Shown: positions 29,056 to 39,222 of the stretch, piece by piece
Position numbering within the stretch: the stretch's first letter is position 1
How the letters are laid out: every line of letters starts with the position of its first letter
Origin: an uncultured Chloroflexia bacterium
GTDB lineage: Bacteria > Chloroflexota > Anaerolineae > Anaerolineales > UBA4823
Reading direction: 5' to 3'
NCBI GenBank assembly: GCA_963706905.1
Contig: CAVPNY010000020.1
Span: 137,859 to 201,858, forward strand
DNA length: 64,000 nt
Notes under the pieces: model-generated
The model's database searches: none
Told to the model about the DNA's origin: nothing
What the model saw: only the letters and a program-made list of their open reading frames with translations
Position numbers and translations under genes: made by a program

Positions 29056-29865
29056 TCAGACAATAGATGAGTAGCGCATGGTCTCTGGAATGGGCAGGTC
29101 GAGCAGTGTGCAAATGGTGGGCGCGATCTGCAGTTGGGAGAGTACCTGGCCTGTATGCCCTTCGCCAGGCAATCCGGGTAGTATTAAGAACAATGGCACC
29201 TCACGCATCTCCGGGGTCGTCCCGCCGTGGATGCCATCCGCGTCGATGCCGTGATCGCCAGTGACCAGGATCGTGTAGCCAACTTCAAGCGCTTCTGGGA
29301 TCAGGTTCGCAAGGATCAAGTCCTGAAGTCTGGCCTGAGTGCGGTACTGGCGTGAGTCGGATCCAAACTGCTCACCATTGTAATCCAGGCCCATCGGGTG
29401 GATCAGCAGATAATCGGGGAAAAAGCGGCGGGCCAGCATGGCGCCAGTAGCGAATAATTCGATGTCCGGGAAGTCGTCTTCAGAGTAGAAACGTCCGTGC
29501 TGGATCAGCAAAGACGGGTCATCAACTTCACGGTCGTTGACCCGGTCATAAGGGGTGCGGTTATAAAGCTCGGAGAACCAGGAGTAAGCCGCTGCAGCGG
29601 TGACTTTCCCGGCCTGGGCAGCGATCTGAAAGACATTGGGTTTTTCTGAGCGCCTGACCACCTGGTTGGTGTAAATTCCATGCTCGGAAACTGGCAGTCC
29701 CGTGTGCACAGTCTCGTACATAGGGCGCGACAGGCTGGGCAGCTCTCCGAGTACTTTATACAGGCTGGCTTTCTTGTTCTCGACCAGGTGGCCCAGGAAA
29801 CCCATGTGAGTCATGGCTACATCGAACCGCAAGGCGTCGGATAGTATGAGGATCACTTTCGGCAT
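29056..29865 (-). CDS. alkaline-phosphatase-superfamily nucleotide pyrophosphatase/phosphodiesterase (ENPP-like)
   Basis: VILILSDALRFD metal-site motif near the N-terminus and LVTGDHGIDADGIHGG near the C-terminus. Confidence 0.7.
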   Translation of the reverse strand: MPKVILILSDALRFDVAMTHMGFLGHLVENKKASLYKVLGELPSLSRPMYETVHTGLPVSEHGIYTNQVVRRSEKPNVFQIAAQAGKVTAAAAYSWFSELYNRTPYDRVNDREVDDPSLLIQHGRFYSEDDFPDIELFATGAMLARRFFPDYLLIHPMGLDYNGEQFGSDSRQYRTQARLQDLILANLIPEALEVGYTILVTGDHGIDADGIHGGTTPEMREVPLFLILPGLPGEGHTGQVLSQLQIAPTICTLLDLPIPETMRYSSIV

Positions 29866-30090
29866 ATTTTTTCAGTCCTGAATTTATCCTTTTTATCGAT
29901 CTATCATTTTAAGCCAAAGCGCTGAAAGCTTGTCCTAAGGGAAGTAGGGTAGTGAATAATCTCTGCGCAGGGTCCGGGGTGAAGAACGCGCCTCAGTCGG
30001 TTTGTTTGTAAATTGTATGCTGGCGCGAAGGACGCAAAGGCAGGGGAGAATCGGGCCTTTGCGTCCTTGTTTCACCATGCGAGATCAATT

Positions 30091-31170
30091 TTATGGATTA
30101 ACAGCTCCATGTTCAATAATTAACACCGCCTCGCGCGAGCATGTGACCTCGATTGAATCGCCAATGTTGGGTAATGCAAGGAACGGATTGTTGAATGTGT
30201 CCATGTTAAGCAAGGTTTTCCCGATGCTTATTCGAATGCGCACGATTGAACCCAAGAAGGTGATAGTCTCTACAGTGCAATCGATCAGGTTCGCTTTCTT
30301 GCCATCCGAAGCAAAGCTAAGCCGCTCCGGCCGGATGGAGACAGTGACTTTGTCACCGGGCTGCCGCCCGGGCATATCTGCTGCAGTTTCCAGGACATGC
30401 CCATCGATGGAGAGGAGCCGCTTGGCGGGGTCAACGATCTCCGCCTGCACGGTGTTGAGTGTGCCAACGAATTGGGCAACGAACTCGGTGGTTGGAAAGT
30501 TGTATATCTCAAAAGGCACGCCAACCTGCTCCATCACTCCATTGTTCATCACTACCACCCGGTCAGAGATCGATAGGGCTTCTTCCTGGTCGTGGGTCAC
30601 ATAGATGGCGGTGATGCCGAGCTGCTGCTGGATGGCGCGAATCTCGCTGCGCAGCGAGACGCGGATCTTGGCGTCCAGGGCAGAGAGAGGCTCATCGAGC
30701 AACAGCATCTGCGGCTTGAGCGCCAGGGCGCGTGCCAGGGCTACGCGCTGCTGCTGTCCACCGGAGAGCTGGGCTGGATAGCGGTCGCCATAACCGGGCA
30801 TGTGGATCAAGGCCAGCATCTCGTCCACGCGGGTTTTAATCTCCTCAGGGGAGCGCTTGGCGATCTTCAGGCCAAAGCCGATGTTTTGTCCAACCGTCAT
30901 GTTGGGGAAGAGGGCATATGCCTGGAAGACCATGCCTACATCGCGCTTATTAGGCGGTATGTTGGTAACATCTTTGCCATTAATGCGGATGGTGCCCTGC
31001 GTAGGCATCTCAAATCCAGCCACCATGCGCAATGTGGTGGTTTTCCCGCAACCGCTGGGGCCGAGGAAGGAGACCAGCTCGCCTTTCTCCACCTGCAGGT
31101 TGAAATCCTTGACAGCCATGGTCTCTTTACCAAAAGTTTTACTGACGTTGTCGATATCTAAGAATGCCAT
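30091..31170 (-). CDS. ABC transporter ATP-binding protein (PotA/FbpC-like, with C-terminal TOBE-type domain)
   Basis: Walker A GPSGCGKTT, signature LSGGQQQRVALARAL, Walker B LLLDEPLSALD. ATG 31170 with a GAGG SD. Confidence 0.9.
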   Translation of the reverse strand: MAFLDIDNVSKTFGKETMAVKDFNLQVEKGELVSFLGPSGCGKTTTLRMVAGFEMPTQGTIRINGKDVTNIPPNKRDVGMVFQAYALFPNMTVGQNIGFGLKIAKRSPEEIKTRVDEMLALIHMPGYGDRYPAQLSGGQQQRVALARALALKPQMLLLDEPLSALDAKIRVSLRSEIRAIQQQLGITAIYVTHDQEEALSISDRVVVMNNGVMEQVGVPFEIYNFPTTEFVAQFVGTLNTVQAEIVDPAKRLLSIDGHVLETAADMPGRQPGDKVTVSIRPERLSFASDGKKANLIDCTVETITFLGSIVRIRISIGKTLLNMDTFNNPFLALPNIGDSIEVTCSREAVLIIEHGAVNP

Positions 31171-31228
31171 ATTCAACCTCTACCAATTCCCAGATGTCCA
31201 GACATTGCGGGGAAATATGAATTTCAGA

Positions 31229-32011
31229 TTATTTGACGCCAGCCACCTGGGCCTGGCCTGGAGCACCGCGGGCGACGCGCTGGATGACACCGATCGAGAT
31301 CCAGGTCAAAGCAAAGCTAACCACGGCCAGCGCCTGAGGGGTGTAGGCTTGCATGGCGCCGACTTCTTCCATGTAGGGGCCAAATGCATCCCAGTACATC
31401 AGGGAGGCGAAAGTAAACTCGCCCATCACGATGGCAAATGTCAGGAAGACGCCGCTCAGGATAGCCACCCTCAGGTTGGGGAAGATCACACTGAATAGGA
31501 TCGTGCGCGTGCTGGCGCCCAGGCTCTGCGCCGCCTCGGTGAGGGTGCGCACGTCAATGGCGCGCAGCCCGGTGTCGACTGCCCGGTACATGTAGGGAAA
31601 AGACAATGTGACATAGCCAGCGATCAATAAGATCGGGGTTCTGCTCAGCACCAGCGGTGGCCGGCCATAGATACGAAGCAGACCAAAGGCCAGAACCACG
31701 GCTGGCACGACGAATGGCATCAAGGTGATGAACTCCACTACAGGCCGGAGGCGCTTGTAGCGCAGGTGCACAAGGTAGGCGGTTGGCACGATTAACAGCA
31801 AGCTGATGACGATGGTCAGAGCTGCCCAGCCCAGCGAAGCGCCGAAATTTGCATAAAATTCTGGGTCGGAGAAAGCCACCCTATAGGCAGCGAAGGTGTA
31901 CCTGCCCTTGACCATTTTAAGACTGAACTGAAATAATGCGAACAAAGGCAGGAAGAAATAGAGCATCCCGATGATGAAAATTATCCAAGCCCAAATAGAC
32001 CGGGTTTTCAT
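31229..32011 (-). CDS. ABC transporter permease (PotC-like)
   Basis: ATG 32011 overlaps the upstream stop (ATGA). Six-TM MalFGK-type permease. Confidence 0.85.
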   Translation of the reverse strand: MKTRSIWAWIIFIIGMLYFFLPLFALFQFSLKMVKGRYTFAAYRVAFSDPEFYANFGASLGWAALTIVISLLLIVPTAYLVHLRYKRLRPVVEFITLMPFVVPAVVLAFGLLRIYGRPPLVLSRTPILLIAGYVTLSFPYMYRAVDTGLRAIDVRTLTEAAQSLGASTRTILFSVIFPNLRVAILSGVFLTFAIVMGEFTFASLMYWDAFGPYMEEVGAMQAYTPQALAVVSFALTWISIGVIQRVARGAPGQAQVAGVK

Positions 32012-32922
32012 TGTGACCACCTCGAGGCGATCCTTTGCGTGTAAGCATAACCGACCATGCACAGGCTCATGATGACGATCATGCCCAGCGCCAGGGCATT
32101 GCCCAGGCCGGGATCGTAAAGTACATCTCCCTGGATGACAGCGCCAATTAAAATCGTCACCAGATTGATGAAACTACCCGAGAAGGCATAGGCCGTGGCG
32201 TAAGCGCCGAAGGCATTGCCGAATAATAAGATCGTGGTTCCCATGATCGAGGGCAGCAATATAGGTAGAGCGACATGCCGCCAGAACTGGCCGTAGGTGC
32301 CGCCCAGGTTTTCGCAGGCCTCGCGCCACTCGCGGCGCAGGCCATCCAGGGCAGGCGCCATGATCAGCACCATTAAGGGGAACTGGAAGTACATGTAAAC
32401 GATGCTTAATCCCCACATGTTGTAAATCGTGAAACCGGCCTGGTGGATATCGATATTAAAGAGTTCCTCAATCCAGCCGGTCACCAAACCGGCGTTGCCC
32501 ATGGTAGCGATAAAAGCGAAAGCCAGCGGCACACCGGCGAAGTTAGAAGCCACGCCAGAAAAAGTGACCATGAAAACGCGGAAGGGGCCAGGCAGACCGC
32601 CCAGGATCACGGCATAAGCCAGCAAGAAGCCAAACAGGGCGCCACCCAGGGCGGTGACTACGCTGATAACAAGACTGGTCTTATAGGCGTTCATGATATC
32701 GCTGCGGGCGAATAAGTTGATGATATTCTGGAAAGTAAACCCACCGTCAGCGCCTTGAAAGCTACGGATGAAGATCGAGACGGAGGGCAAAAACAAGAAC
32801 ATGATGGCGTATAAGAAAAATGGCACCAATCCCAGCCAGGCCCAGCTGAATTTCTTGGACTGGGGACGCGCCACAGGCGCGTCCCCATCCATGAGCCGGC
32901 TATTAACAGTTCGGCTCGTCAT
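32008..32922 (-). CDS. ABC transporter permease (PotB-like)
   Basis: 304-aa multi-TM protein with an EAA-like loop (LDGLRREWREACENLGG). Confidence 0.85.
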   Translation of the reverse strand: MTSRTVNSRLMDGDAPVARPQSKKFSWAWLGLVPFFLYAIMFLFLPSVSIFIRSFQGADGGFTFQNIINLFARSDIMNAYKTSLVISVVTALGGALFGFLLAYAVILGGLPGPFRVFMVTFSGVASNFAGVPLAFAFIATMGNAGLVTGWIEELFNIDIHQAGFTIYNMWGLSIVYMYFQFPLMVLIMAPALDGLRREWREACENLGGTYGQFWRHVALPILLPSIMGTTILLFGNAFGAYATAYAFSGSFINLVTILIGAVIQGDVLYDPGLGNALALGMIVIMSLCMVGYAYTQRIASRWSQ

Positions 32923-32934
32923 CGTACAATCCTT

Positions 32935-34092
32935 TCATTCACCGTAAACGACTTTGCGCCAGTTCTCAGTGATGTAGGTCTTGGATGCAGTTAGTTCATC
33001 GACAGTCAGGAAGACCGCTTTCTCGTAAACTTGAGCTGGCGGAAGCTTGTCGAGCATCTCCTGTGGGACCACATTGCGCGCTACCATGTCGTTAAAGCGA
33101 ATTGGGTGGGCATAGCCCTTGAGGTAGATATTTTGCCCTTCGTCGCTCATCACAAACTCCCACCACAGGCGCGCCGCCGCCGGGTGCGGGGCATAGGCGC
33201 TGATCCCGCCGATGTACGGGCCAGCTAAGATGCCGGTAGCGGGGACAACAATCTCCAGCTCGGGGTTGCCCGCCAGGGAATCGCGGTTGGCTAGCGCCAA
33301 GTAATCCCATTCCATGACGATGGGAGTCTCGCCCTGGGCGATCTTACCCTGGTCGGCGATCACCGGGATGAAATTACCCGCATCATTCATTTCTTTCCAG
33401 AACTGTAACCCAGCCTCAGGGGCTTTTGCTATATCGCCACCAGTTCGGGAGAGACCCGAAGCCATGACGGTTTGGACAGCCTGGTTGGACTTGAGCACGT
33501 CTCCAGCCATGGCGACCTTGCCCTTATATTCCGGCTTGAGCAGGTCTTCCCAGTCCTGGGGGGTGTTCTCGATGGCGGGCTTGGAGACTTCAAACACCAG
33601 CACGCCGTAATACTCCGCCCACCAGTATCCATCCGCATTTTTTGCACTTTCGGGGATGGTCGCCCAGTCGGCGACTTTGTAAGCGGCGACGACGCCGTCG
33701 GTCACAAGCTGTTCTCCATAGCCCACGCCAACGTCGATCACGTCCGGCGCCTGCGGGCCGCCGCTGTCCTTGTTGGCTTTAATGGCTTCGATTTCGTCCG
33801 CCGAGCCAGCGTCCGGATTGAGTTCATTGACAGTGAGGCCATACTTAGCTTTGAAGGTTTCGATCATTTCCCCATAGTTAGCCCAGTCATGAGGTAAGGC
33901 AATCGTGGTCAGTTGGCCTTCTTCTTTGGCCAGCTTAACCAACTCGTCCATATCCATGGTGAGCGGGAAGGGGGTGGCTTCGGTGGCTGCTGGTGCGCAG
34001 GAGGCTAACAATGCTGCGCCGCCGGTAAGACCAGCCAGTTTTAGGAAATCTCGGCGGGACATACTGCCGATCGGGCGTCTTTCACTAGACAT
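32935..34092 (-). CDS. ABC transporter substrate-binding lipoprotein (family 1, PotD/AfuA-like) with Tat signal
   Basis: SRRDFLKLAGLTGGAALLASC is a twin-arginine signal plus lipobox. ATG 34092 has GGAGG 5 nt upstream. Confidence 0.85.
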   Translation of the reverse strand: MSSERRPIGSMSRRDFLKLAGLTGGAALLASCAPAATEATPFPLTMDMDELVKLAKEEGQLTTIALPHDWANYGEMIETFKAKYGLTVNELNPDAGSADEIEAIKANKDSGGPQAPDVIDVGVGYGEQLVTDGVVAAYKVADWATIPESAKNADGYWWAEYYGVLVFEVSKPAIENTPQDWEDLLKPEYKGKVAMAGDVLKSNQAVQTVMASGLSRTGGDIAKAPEAGLQFWKEMNDAGNFIPVIADQGKIAQGETPIVMEWDYLALANRDSLAGNPELEIVVPATGILAGPYIGGISAYAPHPAAARLWWEFVMSDEGQNIYLKGYAHPIRFNDMVARNVVPQEMLDKLPPAQVYEKAVFLTVDELTASKTYITENWRKVVYGE

Positions 34093-34633
34093 AGGTTCCT
34101 CCATATAGAATAGTTAGATTGAATATTATTCTGTTAAGAATTCTGCAGTAGTTAGGGTGAGCGAAGGAAAAACCACCTCCTTTCAATATTATCTCAAGTT
34201 TTACTTAACCATAGTGAGAATGATTGTATGCTCTCCTGCATACAAAAAATGGTGAGAAAAATCTCCTCACAAGTCTCTTCCAACTAAAGGGTCGAATAGA
34301 GACTTCTTTAGCTTTTGGGTTGATTTCGAGGGGGTAAACCGGGTCAGCATGTGCACAACAGTTTTGGCAAGCGTTCACCCGAAAGGCTGGCTTTGATGGA
34401 TTTTACGACGATGTCAAAAAATGATGATAATTGATTGGTTTTGATTGGGTTAACTTATTTATGGAATTTTAGCATGCAAATTCCTTAAAGTCAAATAAGT
34501 AAGGTCAATTTAAGAATTCATCCACTTTACGTGATTTGACTAAGTGAACTCGTGAGAATTGATTCCTGCTGATGATCAATAGAACCAGAATGCCCAGGTC
34601 GATGACCAACGTGAGGAAATCAAGCCAGCCGAT

Positions 34634-36077
34634 CTATTCATCGCTTTGCCGGCTGTTATCCAATAACCACTCATAGAAAGCTGGGTCAGAGTAAAAATCT
34701 GTCCAGATATTGTGACCGCCTGCCCTCGATTACGGTAAACTGCACCTGCCCGCCAGCCGATCTTATGGCATCCACAGTTTTCTGGGCGGCGGACAGGGGC
34801 ACGATTGGGTCCTCAGTGCCGTGGACCGCCCATACCGGGACGGCTTTGATCCGCTCCCAGGGCAAGGTGAATGGCTTGAAACCTTCCAGAGTCGCTCCGG
34901 GCAAGTATTTCGGGTCGAAGCCAGCCAGGGGGGCCAGGGCAGCGAACAGATCAGGGCGGTGCAAGGCGTAGCGATAGGTCGCCTCGCCACCCATGCTGAT
35001 GCCTGTCAGGTAAACGCGCTGAGAATCGACCCGATACTCTGAAAGAATCCCCTTTAACAGATCATCAAGATAGCTTTCCGGGAAGGATCGGAATTCGGGT
35101 AAAACTTCCAGCATGGGGGAGACGATAATGAAAGGCAGCGGTTGGCCATTTAGCACGACCCGCAGGGGTCCGTGCTTGGTGAGCAGCGAGAGGCTGTGGC
35201 CGCGCTCGCCGGTGCCGATCAAAAAGACGATCAGCGGCCAGGTCTTTTGAGGATCGACTTCGTAACCTTGTGGCAGGTAGAGGGCATAACCCCGGCCAAC
35301 ACGCTGCTGGGCGACAGCCTCATATTCGTTGAAGATGATGCGCCGGCTCTGCAGGTAGCGGGGATAGTCACGAAAATAGTGGCGAGCCTGCCCTCTGTGC
35401 AGCTCAACCGAGCGAGCAACCTGTTCTGAAGGAGGTACGCGGATATTGCCCAGCAGGCGGTCACTCACTGGATCGTAGGAGAAAGAGATCAATCCTACGA
35501 CTCCTTTGCCTTCAGGATGACCTGTCAGGTCGGCCCGCCATTCGATGATAGGGGAGTCTCCTGGAATCACTTTGAAATTGGATTTCCTTGATGAAGAAGG
35601 GATACTGTAGGTCTGTGCCAGCCCACAAATAAGCTATGCCATCCTGTGGTGTAATCTGGCTGACCAGCAGGACCAATTGGGTTCCGGTGTCTCCATACGG
35701 CCCGATTTCGACACCTTCCCACCGGCCCAGGAACGCCGCCAGTGCCTTAGACGTGTTTTCTGTGGGGGGAGAAACATCCAGGTTGCCAAAGATCAGGAAT
35801 TCGTTGTTCTCACTATCCAATGGCTGGTGAACGGCTGTGAAGTCTGGGGTATAGAAGTTCTTCCAGGAAGCCTCGATTGGTTTATTGGTTGTCGACGCCG
35901 GCGCGATGGATTGCAAGGTGGGAGATGGCAGGATCGGCGCTTGGGTTGGGGGTGGAAGCGAAGTCGTTGCGGGTTCGATTTTGCGTGTAGCCATGATGTG
36001 TGGTTTGATTGGCAGGCAGACAGTATCAATGTGATGAAAAACAGAGCTTGAGCCAAGACGAACTGAACTTTCCGCAT
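34634..36077 (-). pseudogene. alpha/beta-hydrolase (esterase) lipoprotein carrying three frameshifts
   Basis: Lipoprotein signal (MRKVQFVLAQALFFITLILSAC, ATG 36077) in one frame. The PT-rich linker and N-domain are in a second frame (ORF 35512..36141). The hydrolase core (GISMGG nucleophile elbow) is in a third (ORF 34686..35570). The C-terminus is restored by deleting A at 34721, giving ..VIEGGGHNIWTDFYSDPAFYEWLLDNSRQSDE* with the stop at 34634. The middle shift is an extra A at 35571-35573. The first shift lies between about 36011 and 35985. Confidence 0.75.
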
Positions 36078-36139
36078 GACTTTCGTACGGAGTGAATCCG
36101 CATCCTTTTGAGAGTGTACAGGATTTCAAAAGGGGAGTC

Positions 36140-36180
36140 AATAAGCCCTCGGGTTGGAATTCCCAACCCGAGGGCTTATT
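36140..36180 (-). terminator. perfect 18-bp hairpin 3' of the APC permease gene
   Basis: AATAAGCCCTCGGGTTGG (36140-36157) / CCAACCCGAGGGCTTATT (36163-36180). There is no strong T-run. Confidence 0.45.
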
Positions 36181-36224
36181 GTCTACTAAATACGTCTTAC
36201 TTTCAACTTCTTGCTGACGACTGG

Positions 36225-38102
36225 CTATTCAACCGGGATTGACGAGTAAACCTTGTTCACGTCGATACCCTGGCGTTTACGATAGGCGCTGAAGCCGAAA
36301 TAGATAGCCGCAGCCAAAACATAGAAGAAGATCATGAACGCCATAGAGGTGGCGTTTGACCAGCCGATGGCATAGTAAGCGAAGTCGAAGGGTGGGACAT
36401 GCGGGTCCCAGAACCACTCGATCAACAGCCAGTTCAAGAAGAGGAAGAAAACCAGTCCAGCCAGGGTGACCAGCGGCATCTTAGCGCCGGCCAGGATACG
36501 CTTGCCGACATAGTAGGCCAGCCAGATGATCAGCCCAGCGTTGAACACGGTCAGCAAGGAGACCACAATCACACTCAGCCAGGTCACTGCACTGGGGCCG
36601 GTGGCGCCTAGATTAGTCAGTACAGTGTACATGTAGCTGAAGGAGGAGTAGATCAGGTATACGCCGCCGACAACGAACAGCAGCATGACGATCCAGCTCA
36701 GCCAGGTGGGTACTTTATACTTGGCGATCGGCGAGCCTTCGAAGACATCTTTGCTGCGCCAAGGCAGGATGGTGGCGGCGATGGTCGTGCCGAAGAAGGT
36801 GACGGCGATCACCAGGGTGGCGTCCAGCACCAGAGTTTGGAAGCCCAGGACATCAAATGCGTATAAGATGGCAATGATGATCCCTGGGATTACCATCAAC
36901 AGCAAGGCTACAATTGGCGTGCGAGTCCTCGGCTCGACATAGGAAACCCCTTCAGGGAGCATGCGGTCGAATGCGGCGGCAAAGATCACCCGGGTGGAGC
37001 TGAGGAAGACCGTGCCAGACCAGCCAAACCACCACAGGCTCATCAGCAAGATGACGATGAACTGGATCGCCCGGCTTTTGACCAGGAAGGCGGCGAACAG
37101 CCCCGGATATGGCCAGAATGGCAGGGGCGAGGCCTGGTCGGTGTAGCCCCAGACGTAGTTCCAGAAGGCGCCATTGGCCTTGTTGTAGAAGTCCCAGCCA
37201 AGCGTCTTGGCGATCAGGGCAAAGAACACCAGCGCCAACACCGCGGTAACGATGATGGCCGCGGCCATGCCCAAGAAGTTGCGCTTGTAATCCGATGCGC
37301 CGCGCACTTCGCCATACAGGGTAGAGCCCCAGTTCGGCCACAAGTTGAAGAACACGATCATCGGGATCAGGGCGAAGCTGGCAACGAAGGCGATGTTGCC
37401 TAAGGGAGCGGCAGCAGTGCCTGCCGCCTCACCCGCGGCGAGAGTCTCGGCGTAGTAATCCCCTGGCGGCAAGTTGAACATCTCCGGCACTATGGTATTC
37501 AGGTTAGTCACAAAAGTCTGGTTGTTGCCGATTAACAGCAAGATGAAGACCAGCGCCAGACCTACTGCACCACCCCAGAAGCAGAACTTCTGGATGCGGG
37601 CATACCATTTCATCCCAACAGCGATGTATATGAATACCAGAACACACAAGAAGATGGCGGCGAACAGCTGCCCGTAGGAAGTCATGAACCACAGAGCAGT
37701 ATCAGGCAGGCCTGCTAAGGCGAACAAAGGGGTGAAGACTATGTAGACCAGCATCTGGGCATACAGCGGTACCCACAGCCAGAGGATGAACCACCATCCG
37801 GTCACGGCAAGAATGAACCCGATACCCCGGCCGAGGATGCGGCTCTGCCAGACGTAATCACCGCCGGCGCGTGGCATGGCGGAGATCAGGCTGGCGTAGA
37901 CGATCACTTCAAAGATGGTAAAAATGCCTCCTACCACCACGGCGGTGGCCAGGTTACCCCCAAAGTAATAGCAATAGGAGAAGATGAACAGACCGAGGGT
38001 GATCAGGTTGATCGAAAAGGTCGCGTAAATGAAGGCATCAAACGTGGACCAGGAGCGTACCAGCCCGCTGGCCTTGCGAACGAACAAGGTGACTTCACTC
38101 AT
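36225..38102 (-). CDS. APC-superfamily amino acid/organocation permease, copy 1
   Basis: 625 aa, 12 or more TM. Contains RKASGLVR, PRAGGDYVWQSR and a C-terminal GIDVNKVYSSIPVE. Paralogous to 42808..44661. Confidence 0.85.
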   Translation of the reverse strand: MSEVTLFVRKASGLVRSWSTFDAFIYATFSINLITLGLFIFSYCYYFGGNLATAVVVGGIFTIFEVIVYASLISAMPRAGGDYVWQSRILGRGIGFILAVTGWWFILWLWVPLYAQMLVYIVFTPLFALAGLPDTALWFMTSYGQLFAAIFLCVLVFIYIAVGMKWYARIQKFCFWGGAVGLALVFILLLIGNNQTFVTNLNTIVPEMFNLPPGDYYAETLAAGEAAGTAAAPLGNIAFVASFALIPMIVFFNLWPNWGSTLYGEVRGASDYKRNFLGMAAAIIVTAVLALVFFALIAKTLGWDFYNKANGAFWNYVWGYTDQASPLPFWPYPGLFAAFLVKSRAIQFIVILLMSLWWFGWSGTVFLSSTRVIFAAAFDRMLPEGVSYVEPRTRTPIVALLLMVIPGIIIAILYAFDVLGFQTLVLDATLVIAVTFFGTTIAATILPWRSKDVFEGSPIAKYKVPTWLSWIVMLLFVVGGVYLIYSSFSYMYTVLTNLGATGPSAVTWLSVIVVSLLTVFNAGLIIWLAYYVGKRILAGAKMPLVTLAGLVFFLFLNWLLIEWFWDPHVPPFDFAYYAIGWSNATSMAFMIFFYVLAAAIYFGFSAYRKRQGIDVNKVYSSIPVE

Positions 38103-38283
38103 AGTTATCTCCTTTATGATTGAATGGTTATGATCCTTTTGTACATTGAATCCATAACCGATATCGGAAAATTAACCAATAGATGAGCGATCGTTCGACT
38201 TGGGAAGTTTAGATTAAGTGGACCTCCTTTCTCTCGAGATAAGCCTCGGGAATAAAATCTTGTTACATAAGTATGGATCAGAT

Positions 38284-39222
38284 TTATCCAGAAGTCAAAA
38301 CAAAAGAGCCGATTTTGTTCGGTTTCAACTCGATCACTGCACCAAGCAGGACGCCCTGCTCATACATGCTGCCCGGGTTAATGCACAGGGTGTTTTTGTA
38401 GCGGGTAGTGCCTTTGCCTTCGTGGATGTGGCCATGCAAACCGAGCAATGGGTGGTATTTTTCGATCACATTCAGCACAGCCTTGCTGCCAACCGAGATC
38501 AGGGATTGGCCGGCGTAAGCCAGGCGCATGTCTTTGGTAAGCTCAGGCGCCTGGTCGAGGCCGCTGCCATAAGGCGGGGCATGCAGGTTGAAGATGGCAG
38601 TTGCCGGGTTCTTGGCCTGAGAGATGATCGCTTCCAGGCGGGGAAGCAGGGCTTCGTCTGGCTCTTCCCGGTGCGTGTCCCAGGGAGTGGGATTCGTCCA
38701 GCCAGAGCTGACCATCTCATGATCCTTATCGATCTGGATGACTTTGCCTTCAGCGTGGATCACGGCTTTGGAGGTGGCGATGACCTGGTCGACTTCGAAG
38801 ACATCATCGTTGCCAGGACAAACATAGCATTGGACACCTGTGCCGGCCAGTTTCTGATCAGCGTACTCCATCCAGCGCACCAGGGTCTTGGTCACCTCCT
38901 GCAGGAAGATTTCATCCGAGCGACCAGAGGTGCTGGAGATCTCTTGAACCTCGTCTGGGGTGGTGATATAAGGGTAATATCCGCGGTTCTGGATGCCCTG
39001 GGCCATCTTTTGGACCGCTTCATCCCCTTCCAGGATCGACTCCTGGTCGAGTAAGGTGACTTTGTATTTGCCGCTCCCCTGGTCGATGATCGGGATGATG
39101 GCCTTGCCGGTCATATCGCCGCCCAGGATCAGCAGTTCGGCCTCGTAAAATTTCCCGGCGTTGATGAATTTCTTCCAGCAAATCTCCGAACCGTGCACGT
39201 CTGTGGCATAGAAAAGTTTCAT
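38284..39222 (-). CDS. metallophosphoesterase (calcineurin-like), copy 1, intact
   Basis: LFYATDVHGSE, GGDMTGK, PGNDD, NLHAPP and GLHGHIHEG metal-ligand motifs. 312 aa. Confidence 0.85.
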   Translation of the reverse strand: MKLFYATDVHGSEICWKKFINAGKFYEAELLILGGDMTGKAIIPIIDQGSGKYKVTLLDQESILEGDEAVQKMAQGIQNRGYYPYITTPDEVQEISSTSGRSDEIFLQEVTKTLVRWMEYADQKLAGTGVQCYVCPGNDDVFEVDQVIATSKAVIHAEGKVIQIDKDHEMVSSGWTNPTPWDTHREEPDEALLPRLEAIISQAKNPATAIFNLHAPPYGSGLDQAPELTKDMRLAYAGQSLISVGSKAVLNVIEKYHPLLGLHGHIHEGKGTTRYKNTLCINPGSMYEQGVLLGAVIELKPNKIGSFVLTSG

